NCBI GenBank assembly: GCA_030426085.1
Contig: JAUHYW010000013.1
Coordinates: forward strand, 3,074-67,073
From: a bacterium
Lineage (GTDB): Bacteria > Myxococcota_A > Bradymonadia > UBA7976 > UBA1532
Reading direction: 5' to 3'
Length of the DNA stretch: 64,000 nt
Below the pieces are notes generated by a model. The model worked only from the letters and a program-made list of their open reading frames with translations, did not search any database and was not told the DNA's origin. This document shows, piece by piece, positions 16,220 to 25,093 of this stretch; positions within the stretch are counted from its first letter, which is position 1; every line of letters begins with the position of its first letter. The position numbers were made by a program, and so were the translations under genes.

Positions 16220-18244
16220 ATGGGGGGCGCGATGGTTCGCATGCTGCTGCTCGGGGCGCTGCTCGTCGCCTGCGACGGGGACCGCTCGGTGGACGGGGTC
16301 GACGCGGCGGGTGATGTGGCGCGGGCCGACGGCGCCCGGGATCTGGCCCCGCCCCTGCCCGACGCCGCGCCCGATGTAGCCCTCGACGCCGCGCCCGACG
16401 TAGCCCTCGACACCGCGCCCGATGTAGCCCTCGACGCCGCGCCCGATGTAGCCCTCGACGCCGCGCCCCCCGACATGGACCTCGGCCCGATCCGGCTCAC
16501 CTGCGTCGCCGCGTTCGCCGCGGGCGACGCGACCTTCGAACTGCACCCGGCCCACCTCGCCCACCGGCTCGACCCCGACGGCCCCGACCCGGCCGACGCC
16601 CGGCTGCTGTGGGCCCACCCCGGCGAAGACGGCCCGGCCATCGCGGCCCTCGCCGACCCGCTGCTCACCGACGCCGACCTCGACCCCGCGGTCGGCGGCA
16701 TCCCCGGGCTCGGCCGCCTGCTCGAAGCCGGCGCCGTCACGCTCGAGCTGCCCGCCGCGGGCCTGCGGGCCCCCGTCCGCTGCCCCCGCCCCGACACCCC
16801 GCCGCTGCGCCCGTGGACCGGCTGGCGCTACGCGGCCGACTTCGACGGCGACGGGGTGGACGAGCAGTACGCCTGGGACGCCGACTACCACCCCCCGTAC
16901 ACCCCGACCGCCGACGGCGCCCTGATCGTGGCCTGGACCCCCGACCCCGGCGAGAACCGGAGCAACATCGTCGCCGCGCTGCGCAGCGGCGCGACCCGCA
17001 TCCTGATCCAGGCCCCGCCCGACCCCGGGCAGCCGTGGCGGGTCGACAACCAGATCCCGATCATCAAGGCCTACGGCGTCGACGCCCCCGACGACCTCGA
17101 GCTGCTCTTCGACGAGGGCCTCGTCTTCGAAGCGGCCGACGCGCTCTACTTCCACGACGACAGCGCCAAGCTGCTCAGCGTCGACGAGATGCGCGGCCTG
17201 CGGCTGGCCACGGTCGACAGCGACGGCGACGGCGTCGTCGAGCCGGCCACCCTGCGCATGCGGCGCGACCTCTACGACCCCGCCTCGCCGACCCACGACC
17301 CGGCCTACACCCCCAGCGAGAGCCGCCACGTCCTGCGCGTCTTTCGCAGCCGGGACGTGCTCGTGCAGGACCTGCGCTTCGTCGAGAGCGGCGGCGACGG
17401 CATCTACCTGGGCGACGCCTGGGTCAACCACCCCGAAGAGCCCCAGATCCACGTCCTCAACCAGCGGGTGACGCTGCGTCGGGTCGAGTGCGCCGACAAC
17501 TACCGCCAGGGCATGACCGTCACCGGCGTCTGGGGCCTGCGGGTCGAGGGATCGGTCTTCCGCGACACCCGGGGCACCCCGCCGAGCTGGGGCATCGACT
17601 TCGAGCCCAACACCCCCTTCGGCGCCACCCGGGACGTCGTCATCCGCGACAGCCGCTTCATCGACAACGGGCGGGCGGGCATCGGCTTCGCGATGGGCCA
17701 CTTCCGCAGCGACGCGCCGATCGAGGTGGCGGTGCTCGACGTCGAGATCTCGGGCGCGGCCGGCGGGTCGGATGGGGTCAGGATCCACAACTTCGACGAC
17801 GGCCGGGTGGCCGACCTCTACTTCCGCGGGCTGCGCATCCACGACGTCGACTTCTACGGGCTCTTCTTCTCGGGCAAGAACGCCGCCACCGCCCGGGTGA
17901 CCCTCGAAGACTGCGTCCTGCGCGACACCGCCCGCCGCCCGGCCTGGCCCCAGCGCAGCGACGCGGGCGACATCGTCGACACCCCCACCGCCCCGGTCTT
18001 CTTCACCAAGGCCTACGTCGACCGCTACGTCGGCGGGGTGCGCGTCGTCGACTGCGCGATCTACGACGACGTCGACCGCCCCGCGGTGCACGTCCTGCCC
18101 CGGGCCGACGGCACCAAGGCGCTGCGCGACGTGACCGGCCGCCTCTTCGTGCACAACCCCCACGGCGCCCGGGTCGATCTCGACGGCCGGGGCGCCGAGC
18201 CCAATGTCGACGTCGATCTCGAGGTCGTACCGCTCGGGCGGTGA
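16220..18244 (+). CDS. Lipoprotein with a right-handed parallel beta-helix (pectin-lyase-fold) domain
   Basis: Start set at ATG 16220 (MGGAMVRMLLLGALLVACDGD, with a lipobox); 16232 and 16241 are alternatives. An (PDVALDAA)n linker follows. PbH1-like repeats: ...ESGGDGIYLGDAW..., ...NYRQGMTVTGVWGLRVEGSVFRDTRGTPPSWGIDFEPN..., ...NGRAGIGFAM.... Confidence 0.6.
   Translation: MGGAMVRMLLLGALLVACDGDRSVDGVDAAGDVARADGARDLAPPLPDAAPDVALDAAPDVALDTAPDVALDAAPDVALDAAPPDMDLGPIRLTCVAAFAAGDATFELHPAHLAHRLDPDGPDPADARLLWAHPGEDGPAIAALADPLLTDADLDPAVGGIPGLGRLLEAGAVTLELPAAGLRAPVRCPRPDTPPLRPWTGWRYAADFDGDGVDEQYAWDADYHPPYTPTADGALIVAWTPDPGENRSNIVAALRSGATRILIQAPPDPGQPWRVDNQIPIIKAYGVDAPDDLELLFDEGLVFEAADALYFHDDSAKLLSVDEMRGLRLATVDSDGDGVVEPATLRMRRDLYDPASPTHDPAYTPSESRHVLRVFRSRDVLVQDLRFVESGGDGIYLGDAWVNHPEEPQIHVLNQRVTLRRVECADNYRQGMTVTGVWGLRVEGSVFRDTRGTPPSWGIDFEPNTPFGATRDVVIRDSRFIDNGRAGIGFAMGHFRSDAPIEVAVLDVEISGAAGGSDGVRIHNFDDGRVADLYFRGLRIHDVDFYGLFFSGKNAATARVTLEDCVLRDTARRPAWPQRSDAGDIVDTPTAPVFFTKAYVDRYVGGVRVVDCAIYDDVDRPAVHVLPRADGTKALRDVTGRLFVHNPHGARVDLDGRGAEPNVDVDLEVVPLGR
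16361..16470 (+). repeat. About 4.5 copies of a 24-bp tandem repeat (gacgccgcgcccgatgtagccctc), in frame, encoding (DAAPDVAL)n
   Basis: Read directly from 16361-16470. Copies differ by 1-2 nt (gatgta/gacgta, gacgcc/gacacc). Lies inside the CDS 16220-18244. Confidence 0.85.
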
Positions 18245-18254
18245 CGGGCGCGCC

Positions 18255-20951
18255 CTACCGGTCGAACGTCAGCCACAGCTTGACCCGGGCCGGCGCCGGG
18301 GCGGAGGGCTTGGGGGCGGTCAGCTCGAAGCCGAAGCCCACCGGGGGCACCGCGACGCCGCCGAAGGGCAGGTGCGGGTTCTGCCAGCGGCGACGGTCGG
18401 CGTCGGCGAAGCGGGTCACCGCCGGGTGGGGGGCCGCGCCGACCTTCACCAAAGCGCCGTCGCGGATGCGGAAGTGCTCGACGCCGTCGGGGAACGGGGT
18501 CAGCGCGAACGGGGCGTCGAGGGTGTGGATGTAGCGCAGGCTGCGGTCGCGCAGGCGGTAGCGGGGCCGGCCCACCGGGCGGTGGTCGAGCAGCTCGCCG
18601 GCCGGGGCGAAGCGCTCCCGGTCGACCGGCAGCCAGGCGTTGCCCCGGGCGTAGCCGAAGAGCAGCGGGCGGTCGCCGTCGAGCAGGCCGTCCAGCGCCG
18701 ACGCCTCGCGATCGCACTTCAGATCAATCGGCCGCCACGCCGCCCCCCGGACCCCGCACAAGGTCGCCCGCCACGCCTGCTCCAGCGTGGACTGCGCCGC
18801 CTCGTCCTTCACCTCGTAGCGGGTGTCGAAGGCCGCCGGGTCGCCCTGATACAGCGCCTCGAGGCCGGGCAGCGGCAGCTCGTTGGGCACCGCGTCCACC
18901 GCCAGCAGAAAGCCCCGCCCCGGGCCCAGATCGGCGGGGTCGTTCTCGCTCCACGAGACGCCGCCGTCGACGTACCACGCCAGCACGCCCGGCCGGGGGC
19001 GGATCCGGACCGCGCGCAGGCCCTCGGGGTCGCCCGGCGTCTGGTAGAAGCGCAGGCTGTTGTCGGCCAGCGCCCGGTCGTAGCCCGCGTCGGCGGCGTA
19101 GGGGTCGCGGTACTCGATGACGTAGTAGTGGGGCACCGCCAGGACGTGCCGCCCGGGGCCGGCGAGGAAGCCGTCCAGCCGCCACTCGGGGTTCAGCTCG
19201 GCCTCGAAGCTCTCCCGCAGGCGGGCGGCGCCGTCGACGTCGAGCCGCACCCGGTCGATGAAGATGCCCCGCTGCACCGCGGCCATGTCGGTCACGTAGC
19301 GCAGCCGGATCCGGGCCCGTGTGCCGGCGAGGTCGTCGAGGTCGAAGGCCACCGGGACCCAGGTCGAGGCGGCGCAGGGGTCGTCGCCCGCGCCGACCCG
19401 ATCCTCGCCGTGTTTGCGCTTCGCCTTCGGGTCGCACTTCGGGTGGCTCTCGTTGCGCCCGTCCCCGTCCAGATCGCCCGAGACCCCGGTGAAGCCCGGC
19501 CGGGTGCCGGGGCCGTCGTGCCCGTGGCGGGCGGGCATCACGCGGCGGTCGGTGGGCAGGCGGCGGGTCCAGGTGCGGCCGCCGTCGACGCTGGTCTCGA
19601 GGTAGGCGAAGTCCCACCCGGCCTCGATCTGCCACCACCCGTCGAAGGCCAGGCGCACCGACTTCGAGGCCCCGGTCAGGTCGAGCCGCAGCTCGGCGCT
19701 GCGGTTCAGGTCGTTGCCCTGGCCCGAGTAGAGGCCGCTCTCACCGCCCGGCGGCGGGGCCAGCTCGATGATCCGGCGCTTGGGCGGCAGGATGACCAGC
19801 GCCGCCCGCCAGACCCCGGCCGCCTGGAGCGCGCGGGCCCGGTCCGGCGGGTCGACCGGATCGCCCAGCCGCCGCAGGTAGATCGAGCGCAGCGGCTGGC
19901 CCCCGAACCCCGGCGGGCGCACGATCGCCGGCTGGAGCCAGCCGAGCTGGATCCGGCTCCAGGCGGTGAGGTTCTGGGGGTCGGGGTCGCGGGTGGCGCT
20001 CATCACCGACCACGGCCCGGTCGAGTTGGAGGTGCTGCGGGCGTAGACGTCGGGCAGCCCCAGCCCGTGGGCGAACTCGTGGGCGAAGGTCGAGCGGTCG
20101 ATGTACTCCGACTGCATGTTGTAGTCCCGGACCCACAGCCCCGGCCGCAGCTCGACCCCGCCCCGGGGGAACCGCCGCCCCTCGACCACCGGCCCCTGCC
20201 CTTCGCCCCGCTGCACCACGAACCGGTGGGGCCACAGCCGCTCGGCGCAGCGGCGGGCCTTCTCGTCGAGGGTGTCGAGCACGTCGGGCTGCGCGTCGGG
20301 GGTGAAGACCCGCCCCAGGTGGTACAGCCCGTGGCACGACGCCTGCCCCCCGCCGGCGTAGACCAGGACGAAGTGATCCAGGTAGCCATCGGCCTCGGCC
20401 CGCAGGCCGTCGCCGTCCATGTCGTGCGGATCCCAGCGGTCGAAGGGACCCAGGTCCAGCTCGGGGTGGGCCGCGATCAGACCCTTCAGCGCGTCGACCA
20501 CCATGCCTTCGGCGTCGGCGTCGCTGCGCCAGTCGCCGCCCGCCGGCCGCGTGGGGGCGCCGTAGGCCGCCCGGGGCTTCGGCAGGGTCACCGGGGGCAG
20601 CACCCGCCCCTGCATGTGATACAGGCCCATGCTCTGGTCGCGGTAGTAGTGGCTCAGGGTGCCATGCCGCCGATAGTCGGGGTCGAAGAGCTGCGCCTGG
20701 TACCACGCGGCGAGCTTCCGCCCCTGGTCGGGCGCGTCGGCGAAGCGGTCGAAGCGGCGGTCGGGGAAGTCGACGAGCACCACCAGCAGCCGGTGGGGGT
20801 CGTCGGCCGGGGCCTGCACCGGAGGCAGGGCGTCCCAGCGCACCGCGGGGTGCCCCAGGCGGTCGAAGCGCAGCGCGGCGAGGTCGTCGACCAGCCGGGC
20901 GGCGTCGGTCGGCGGAGCGAGCAGAGCGGCGAGGGCCAGCAGCGCGGTCAT
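18255..20951 (-). CDS. Secreted M6-family (immune inhibitor A-like) zinc metalloprotease
   Basis: 898 aa. N-terminal hydrophobic leader MTALLALAALLAPP. HEXXH in STFAHEFAHGLGLPDVYA matches the M6 HExxHxxGxPD pattern. ATG 20951 overlaps the pgi stop (ATGA). Confidence 0.7.
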   Translation of the reverse strand: MTALLALAALLAPPTDAARLVDDLAALRFDRLGHPAVRWDALPPVQAPADDPHRLLVVLVDFPDRRFDRFADAPDQGRKLAAWYQAQLFDPDYRRHGTLSHYYRDQSMGLYHMQGRVLPPVTLPKPRAAYGAPTRPAGGDWRSDADAEGMVVDALKGLIAAHPELDLGPFDRWDPHDMDGDGLRAEADGYLDHFVLVYAGGGQASCHGLYHLGRVFTPDAQPDVLDTLDEKARRCAERLWPHRFVVQRGEGQGPVVEGRRFPRGGVELRPGLWVRDYNMQSEYIDRSTFAHEFAHGLGLPDVYARSTSNSTGPWSVMSATRDPDPQNLTAWSRIQLGWLQPAIVRPPGFGGQPLRSIYLRRLGDPVDPPDRARALQAAGVWRAALVILPPKRRIIELAPPPGGESGLYSGQGNDLNRSAELRLDLTGASKSVRLAFDGWWQIEAGWDFAYLETSVDGGRTWTRRLPTDRRVMPARHGHDGPGTRPGFTGVSGDLDGDGRNESHPKCDPKAKRKHGEDRVGAGDDPCAASTWVPVAFDLDDLAGTRARIRLRYVTDMAAVQRGIFIDRVRLDVDGAARLRESFEAELNPEWRLDGFLAGPGRHVLAVPHYYVIEYRDPYAADAGYDRALADNSLRFYQTPGDPEGLRAVRIRPRPGVLAWYVDGGVSWSENDPADLGPGRGFLLAVDAVPNELPLPGLEALYQGDPAAFDTRYEVKDEAAQSTLEQAWRATLCGVRGAAWRPIDLKCDREASALDGLLDGDRPLLFGYARGNAWLPVDRERFAPAGELLDHRPVGRPRYRLRDRSLRYIHTLDAPFALTPFPDGVEHFRIRDGALVKVGAAPHPAVTRFADADRRRWQNPHLPFGGVAVPPVGFGFELTAPKPSAPAPARVKLWLTFDR

Positions 20952-22588
20952 CGGGACTCACCGCGCAACGCACGGGCCGCCCGGATCGTGGCGGCGGTGG
21001 CCGGATCGGCCGCGGTGACCAGGGCCCCGGGCTCCAGGTCGGGCGCGATGCCCTTCGCGAGCACCTTGCCCAGCTCGACGCCCCACTGGTCGAAGCTGTT
21101 GACCCCCCACAAGGCGCCCTGCACCGCGATCTTGTGCTCGTAGGCCGCGATGATCGATCCCAGGGTGAAGGCATCCAATCGGCGATACAGGAAGGTCGCG
21201 CTGGGTCGGTTGCCGGGGAAGGTCCGATGAGGCGCGAGGCGGTCGATATCATCCGGCGCGATGCCATCGGATGCCATCTGCGCCCGGACCTCGCCCTCGG
21301 TGCGGCCCATCGCCAGCGCCTCGGCCTGGGCGAAGCAGTTGGCGAGCAGCAGCCGGTGGTGATCGTCGAGCGGGTGGCGGGCCTCGGCGGCGATGAGGAA
21401 GTCGGCCGGCACGACGTGGGTGCCTTGATGCAAGAGCTGATAGAAGGCGTGCTGCCCGTTGGTGCCCGGCTCGCCGAACAGGACGGGGCAGGTCATGCCT
21501 TCGATCGGGGCGCCGTCCCGCCGGACCCGCTTGCCGTTGGACTCCATCTCGGCTTGCTGGAGATAGGCCGGCAGCCGGGCGAGGTTCTGGTCGTAGGGCA
21601 GCACCGCGTGGGCCGCGAAGCCGAAGAGCTCGACGTACCACCAGCCGATGAGCGCCATCAGCGCCGGGATGTTGGCCTCGAGCGGGGCCTCGACGAAGTG
21701 GCGGTCCATGGCGTGGGCCCCGGCGCAGAGCCGGTCGAAGGTCTCCATCGAGGTGGCCAGCGCGATCGAGAGGCCGATGGACGACCACAGCGAGAAGCGG
21801 CCGCCGACCCAATCCCAGAAGCGCAGGGTGTTGGCCGGGTCGACGCCGAAGGCTTTCACCGCGTCGATGTTCGTCGACAGCGCCACGAAGTGCCGGGCGA
21901 CGGCGGCCTCGGCCCCCATGGCCTCGACCAGCCACCGGCGGGCCGTGTGCGCGTTGCGCAGGGTCTCCTGGGTGGTGAACGACTTGCTGGCGACGATGAA
22001 CAGCGTCGTGTCGGGCTCGAGCCGGGCCAGGGTCTGGTGCAGGTGGGCCCCGTCGACGTTGCTGACGAAGTGGGCCCGCAGGCCGAGGCGGTGGTCGGGG
22101 GTCAGCGCCTGGACGACCATCGCCGGGCCCAGGTCGCTGCCGCCGATGCCGATGTTGACGACGTCGGTGATCACCCGCCCGGTGTGCCCCCGCCAGTCGC
22201 CGGTGTGCACCCGCTCGACGAGGGCGGCCATCTTCGCCCGCTCGGCGCGGGCCTCGGCGGCGGCCGCGGGCGGGGTCAGGGCCCCGTCGGGGTCGCGCAG
22301 CGCCATGTGCAGCACGGCCCGGCCCTCGGTGAGGTTGATTGGCTCGCCGGCGAACAGCGCGTCGCGGAAGGCCTCGACCCCCCGGGCCCGGGCCAGCGCG
22401 GCGAGCCGCTTCACGGTCTCGGGGGTCACCCGGTGGCGGCTGTAGTCGTAGCGCAGGTCGCCCAGCCGCACGACGCACCGCTCGGCCCGCTTCGGGTCGT
22501 CGGCGAAGAGGTCGCGCAGGTGGCGGGGGCCGATCGCGGCGAAGTGTTTCAGCAGCGCGGCGTGGGCGGCGGCGTCGGGTGAGGGCAT
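20948..22588 (-). CDS. pgi: Glucose-6-phosphate isomerase
   Basis: 546 aa from ATG 22588, with GGAGG upstream on the minus strand. Full-length match to the PGI layout: ...RYDYSRHRVT..., ...VVNIGIGGSDLGP..., ...FIVASKSFTTQET..., ...GRFSLWSSIGLSIA..., ...MESNGK..., ...GEPGTNGQHAFYQLLHQGT..., ...VNSFDQWGVELGK.... Confidence 0.92.
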   Translation of the reverse strand: MPSPDAAAHAALLKHFAAIGPRHLRDLFADDPKRAERCVVRLGDLRYDYSRHRVTPETVKRLAALARARGVEAFRDALFAGEPINLTEGRAVLHMALRDPDGALTPPAAAAEARAERAKMAALVERVHTGDWRGHTGRVITDVVNIGIGGSDLGPAMVVQALTPDHRLGLRAHFVSNVDGAHLHQTLARLEPDTTLFIVASKSFTTQETLRNAHTARRWLVEAMGAEAAVARHFVALSTNIDAVKAFGVDPANTLRFWDWVGGRFSLWSSIGLSIALATSMETFDRLCAGAHAMDRHFVEAPLEANIPALMALIGWWYVELFGFAAHAVLPYDQNLARLPAYLQQAEMESNGKRVRRDGAPIEGMTCPVLFGEPGTNGQHAFYQLLHQGTHVVPADFLIAAEARHPLDDHHRLLLANCFAQAEALAMGRTEGEVRAQMASDGIAPDDIDRLAPHRTFPGNRPSATFLYRRLDAFTLGSIIAAYEHKIAVQGALWGVNSFDQWGVELGKVLAKGIAPDLEPGALVTAADPATAATIRAARALRGESR

Positions 22589-22697
22589 GGGCGAGCCTCC
22601 GGGCGTGATTGCGGCCGTTCTACCGCACCCGGGGCGCGGGGGACAGGCCGGGGGGCCGCGCGTTGTGCGGGCCACCGCGAACGGTCAAGATGGCCCC

Positions 22698-23657
22698 ATG
22701 CAGCCACGCACCATGCAACCGCTCATCGCATGCGCGCCGCTGGCGCCGATCCTGGAGCCGGGCAGCCGGGTGCTGCTCACCGGCGCGGGCGGGGGCTACG
22801 ACGTGATGGGCGCGGTGCCGCTGCTGGTCGAGTTGGAGGCGCAGGGCTGCGCGGTGCACCTGGCCAGCCTCAGCTTCACCCGGCTGGACGCCCTCGGCGG
22901 CGTCGAGCGGGTCCGGCCGGGGCTGTTCGCGGTCTCGGCGGACAGCGCCGTCTCCGACCGCTACTGCCCCGAGGCGTGGCTGGCCGATTGGTGGTCCAGA
23001 CGCTCGGGGCAGCGGCGGGTCGTGTACGCGATGCCCAAGGCCGGCGTCGCGCCCCTGCGGGCGATCTATGCCCACCTCGCCGAGAGGCTGGACCTCGACG
23101 CGATCGTGCTGGTCGACGGGGGCGTCGACAGCCTGCTGCGGGGCGACGAGACGAACCTGGGCACGCCGGAGGAGGACCTCTGCTCGATGCTGGCGGTGCG
23201 CCACGCGCCGGTGGCCCACCGCCTGCTGATGTGCGTCGGCTTCGGCGCCGAGCAGCGGGACGGGATCGCGCACGCCCAGGTGCTGGAGCGCGTCGCCGGG
23301 TTGACCGCGGCGGGCGGGTTCCTCGGCGTCTCGGCGCTGCTCGGCTCGATGGCCGCCGGGCGGGGCTACCTCGACGCGCTGGAGCGGGTCTTCGCGGGCC
23401 AGTCGGGGGTGAAGCGCAGCCACATCCACAGCGAGGTCCGGGCGGCGATGGGCGGCGCGTTCGGCGACGCGGGGCCGGATCGCTGGCGCTGGCCGCTGCT
23501 GAACATGCTGTGGTTCTTCGACCTGGATCCGGTGGTCGATACGCACCTCTTCATCGAGCACCTGGCCGGCACCCAGACCATCGGTGAGGTGACCCTGTAC
23601 GTCGACGGGCTGCGGCGCTCGGTGGGCAGCCGGCCGCGCACGGTCATCCCGATCTGA
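22698..23657 (+). CDS. DUF1152-like protein of unknown function
   Basis: 319 aa from ATG 22698; the upstream extension to 22587 overlaps pgi and its promoter region. ...VLLTGAGGGYDVMGAVPLL... and ...AIVLVDGGVDSLLRGDE... resemble the two Gly-rich/Asp motifs I associate with DUF1152. Confidence 0.45.
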   Translation: MQPRTMQPLIACAPLAPILEPGSRVLLTGAGGGYDVMGAVPLLVELEAQGCAVHLASLSFTRLDALGGVERVRPGLFAVSADSAVSDRYCPEAWLADWWSRRSGQRRVVYAMPKAGVAPLRAIYAHLAERLDLDAIVLVDGGVDSLLRGDETNLGTPEEDLCSMLAVRHAPVAHRLLMCVGFGAEQRDGIAHAQVLERVAGLTAAGGFLGVSALLGSMAAGRGYLDALERVFAGQSGVKRSHIHSEVRAAMGGAFGDAGPDRWRWPLLNMLWFFDLDPVVDTHLFIEHLAGTQTIGEVTLYVDGLRRSVGSRPRTVIPI

Positions 23658-23659
23658 CG

Positions 23660-25093
23660 TCAGATCGCGGCCCGCGCCGCGGCCAGCGCTTCGACCGCCC
23701 GGGTGAGCGCCTCGCCGTCGAGCCGGGCGTAACCCAGGCGCAGGCCGGGCGGGGGGTCGGCGTCGGCGGTCATCGCGGCGGGGGCCATCAGCCACACCTC
23801 GCGCTCGAGCGCCGCGGCGGACCACCGGGCCAGATCGACCGCCGGCTTCACCCGGGCCCAGATGGCCATGCCGCCGGCGGGCAGGTCGAAGTCGACCGCG
23901 TCGGCGAGGTGGGCGCTCAGCAGCGCGGCGAGGTGATCCCGGCGGCGGTGGTACAGCCGGCGCATGCGCTGGACGTGGCGCTGGACCTCGCCGTCGGCGA
24001 ACAGCTCGGCCAACGCCCGCTCGCCGACCCCGTCGCCCTGGCGATCGATGGTCAGGCGGCAGGCGACGAGGCGGTCGAGCACCGGGGGCGGGGCGACGAC
24101 GAAGCCGGTGCGCAGGCCGGGGGCGAGCACCTTGGAGAGCGTGCCGATGTAGATGACCGGGCGGCGGTCGACGCTGGCCAGCGGGAAGAGCGGGGGGCCG
24201 TCGAAGCGGAACTCGTGGTCGTAGTCGTCTTCGATGATCGCGAAGCGGTGCTCTGCGGCGAGGTCCAGCAGGCGCAGGCGGCGGGCGGGGGTCAGCGCGA
24301 CGGTGGTCGGGTACTGGTGGTGTGGGGTGACGTAGACCGCCCGGACCGGCGCCCGGCGGCAGAGCGCGGCCAGCGCGTCGATATCGAGGCCGGCGCGGTC
24401 GACGGGCACCGGGGCGATACGCGCGCCGCCCGCCGCGAGGGCCCGCCAGGCGGGGGCGTAGCCCAGGCGCTCGACGGCGACGACGTCCCCCGGGCCGAGC
24501 AGCGCGGCGCCGACGAGGTACAGCGCCATCTGGCTGCCCCGGGTGACGAGCACGTCGTCGGGGCCGATGCCCAGGCCCCGGGTCGTGGCCAGCATGTGGG
24601 CCAGCGCGGCGCGCAGGCCGGCGGCGCCCCGGGGGTCGGCGTAGTCCAGGGCCCGCCGGCCGTGCAGCCGCAGGACGCGGCGCCACGCGCGGGCCCAGGC
24701 CGCCTGGGGGATGCCGGTGACGTCGGGCAGCGAGGTGAACGCGAGGACGTCGGGGTCATCGGGCGGGCGGCGGTCGTCGGGCGGGGGCGCGGGCGGCAGA
24801 GGGTAGCTGGGGCCGGCGGCGGCCGTCGGCGAGCGGCGGGGCAGGTCGGCGGCCACGAAGGTGCCCGAGGACTCGACGGTCTCGAGCCAGCCGTCGGCGG
24901 TCAGATCGGCGAAGGCCCGCAGCACGGTGTTGCGGTGGATCCCGAGGCGGCGGGCGAGCGCCCGGGTGCCGAGCAGGCGGGCGCCGGGGAGCAGGCGGCC
25001 GTCGGCGATGGCGTGGCGCAGCGCGGCGCCGAGCTGGCGGTGCAGCGGGCCGTCGCCCCGGCGCACCGCGATCTCGAGGGTCCAGTCGCTCAT
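23660..25093 (-). CDS. MocR/PdxR-type regulator (GntR wHTH plus fold-type I aminotransferase-like domain)
   Basis: 477 aa. ATG 25093 overlaps the upstream stop (ATGA). The N-terminal ...LPGARLLGTRALARRLGIHRNTVLRAFADLTADGWLE... is a GntR HTH. The C-terminal ...IYIGTLSKVLAPGLRTGFVV... is the PLP-lysine region of the aminotransferase fold. Confidence 0.8.
   Translation of the reverse strand: MSDWTLEIAVRRGDGPLHRQLGAALRHAIADGRLLPGARLLGTRALARRLGIHRNTVLRAFADLTADGWLETVESSGTFVAADLPRRSPTAAAGPSYPLPPAPPPDDRRPPDDPDVLAFTSLPDVTGIPQAAWARAWRRVLRLHGRRALDYADPRGAAGLRAALAHMLATTRGLGIGPDDVLVTRGSQMALYLVGAALLGPGDVVAVERLGYAPAWRALAAGGARIAPVPVDRAGLDIDALAALCRRAPVRAVYVTPHHQYPTTVALTPARRLRLLDLAAEHRFAIIEDDYDHEFRFDGPPLFPLASVDRRPVIYIGTLSKVLAPGLRTGFVVAPPPVLDRLVACRLTIDRQGDGVGERALAELFADGEVQRHVQRMRRLYHRRRDHLAALLSAHLADAVDFDLPAGGMAIWARVKPAVDLARWSAAALEREVWLMAPAAMTADADPPPGLRLGYARLDGEALTRAVEALAAARAAI

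Noticed and set aside
22587-22697. N-terminal extensions offered by the ORF track: 22587-22697, 31007-31120, 31024-31224, 40817-40963, 54848-54895, 22589-22675 and 59301-59414.
   Set aside because: The extensions overlap neighbouring genes or promoters and lack ribosome-binding sites. They precede internal starts that have GGAG-like sites and immediately begin signal peptides or conserved N-termini.
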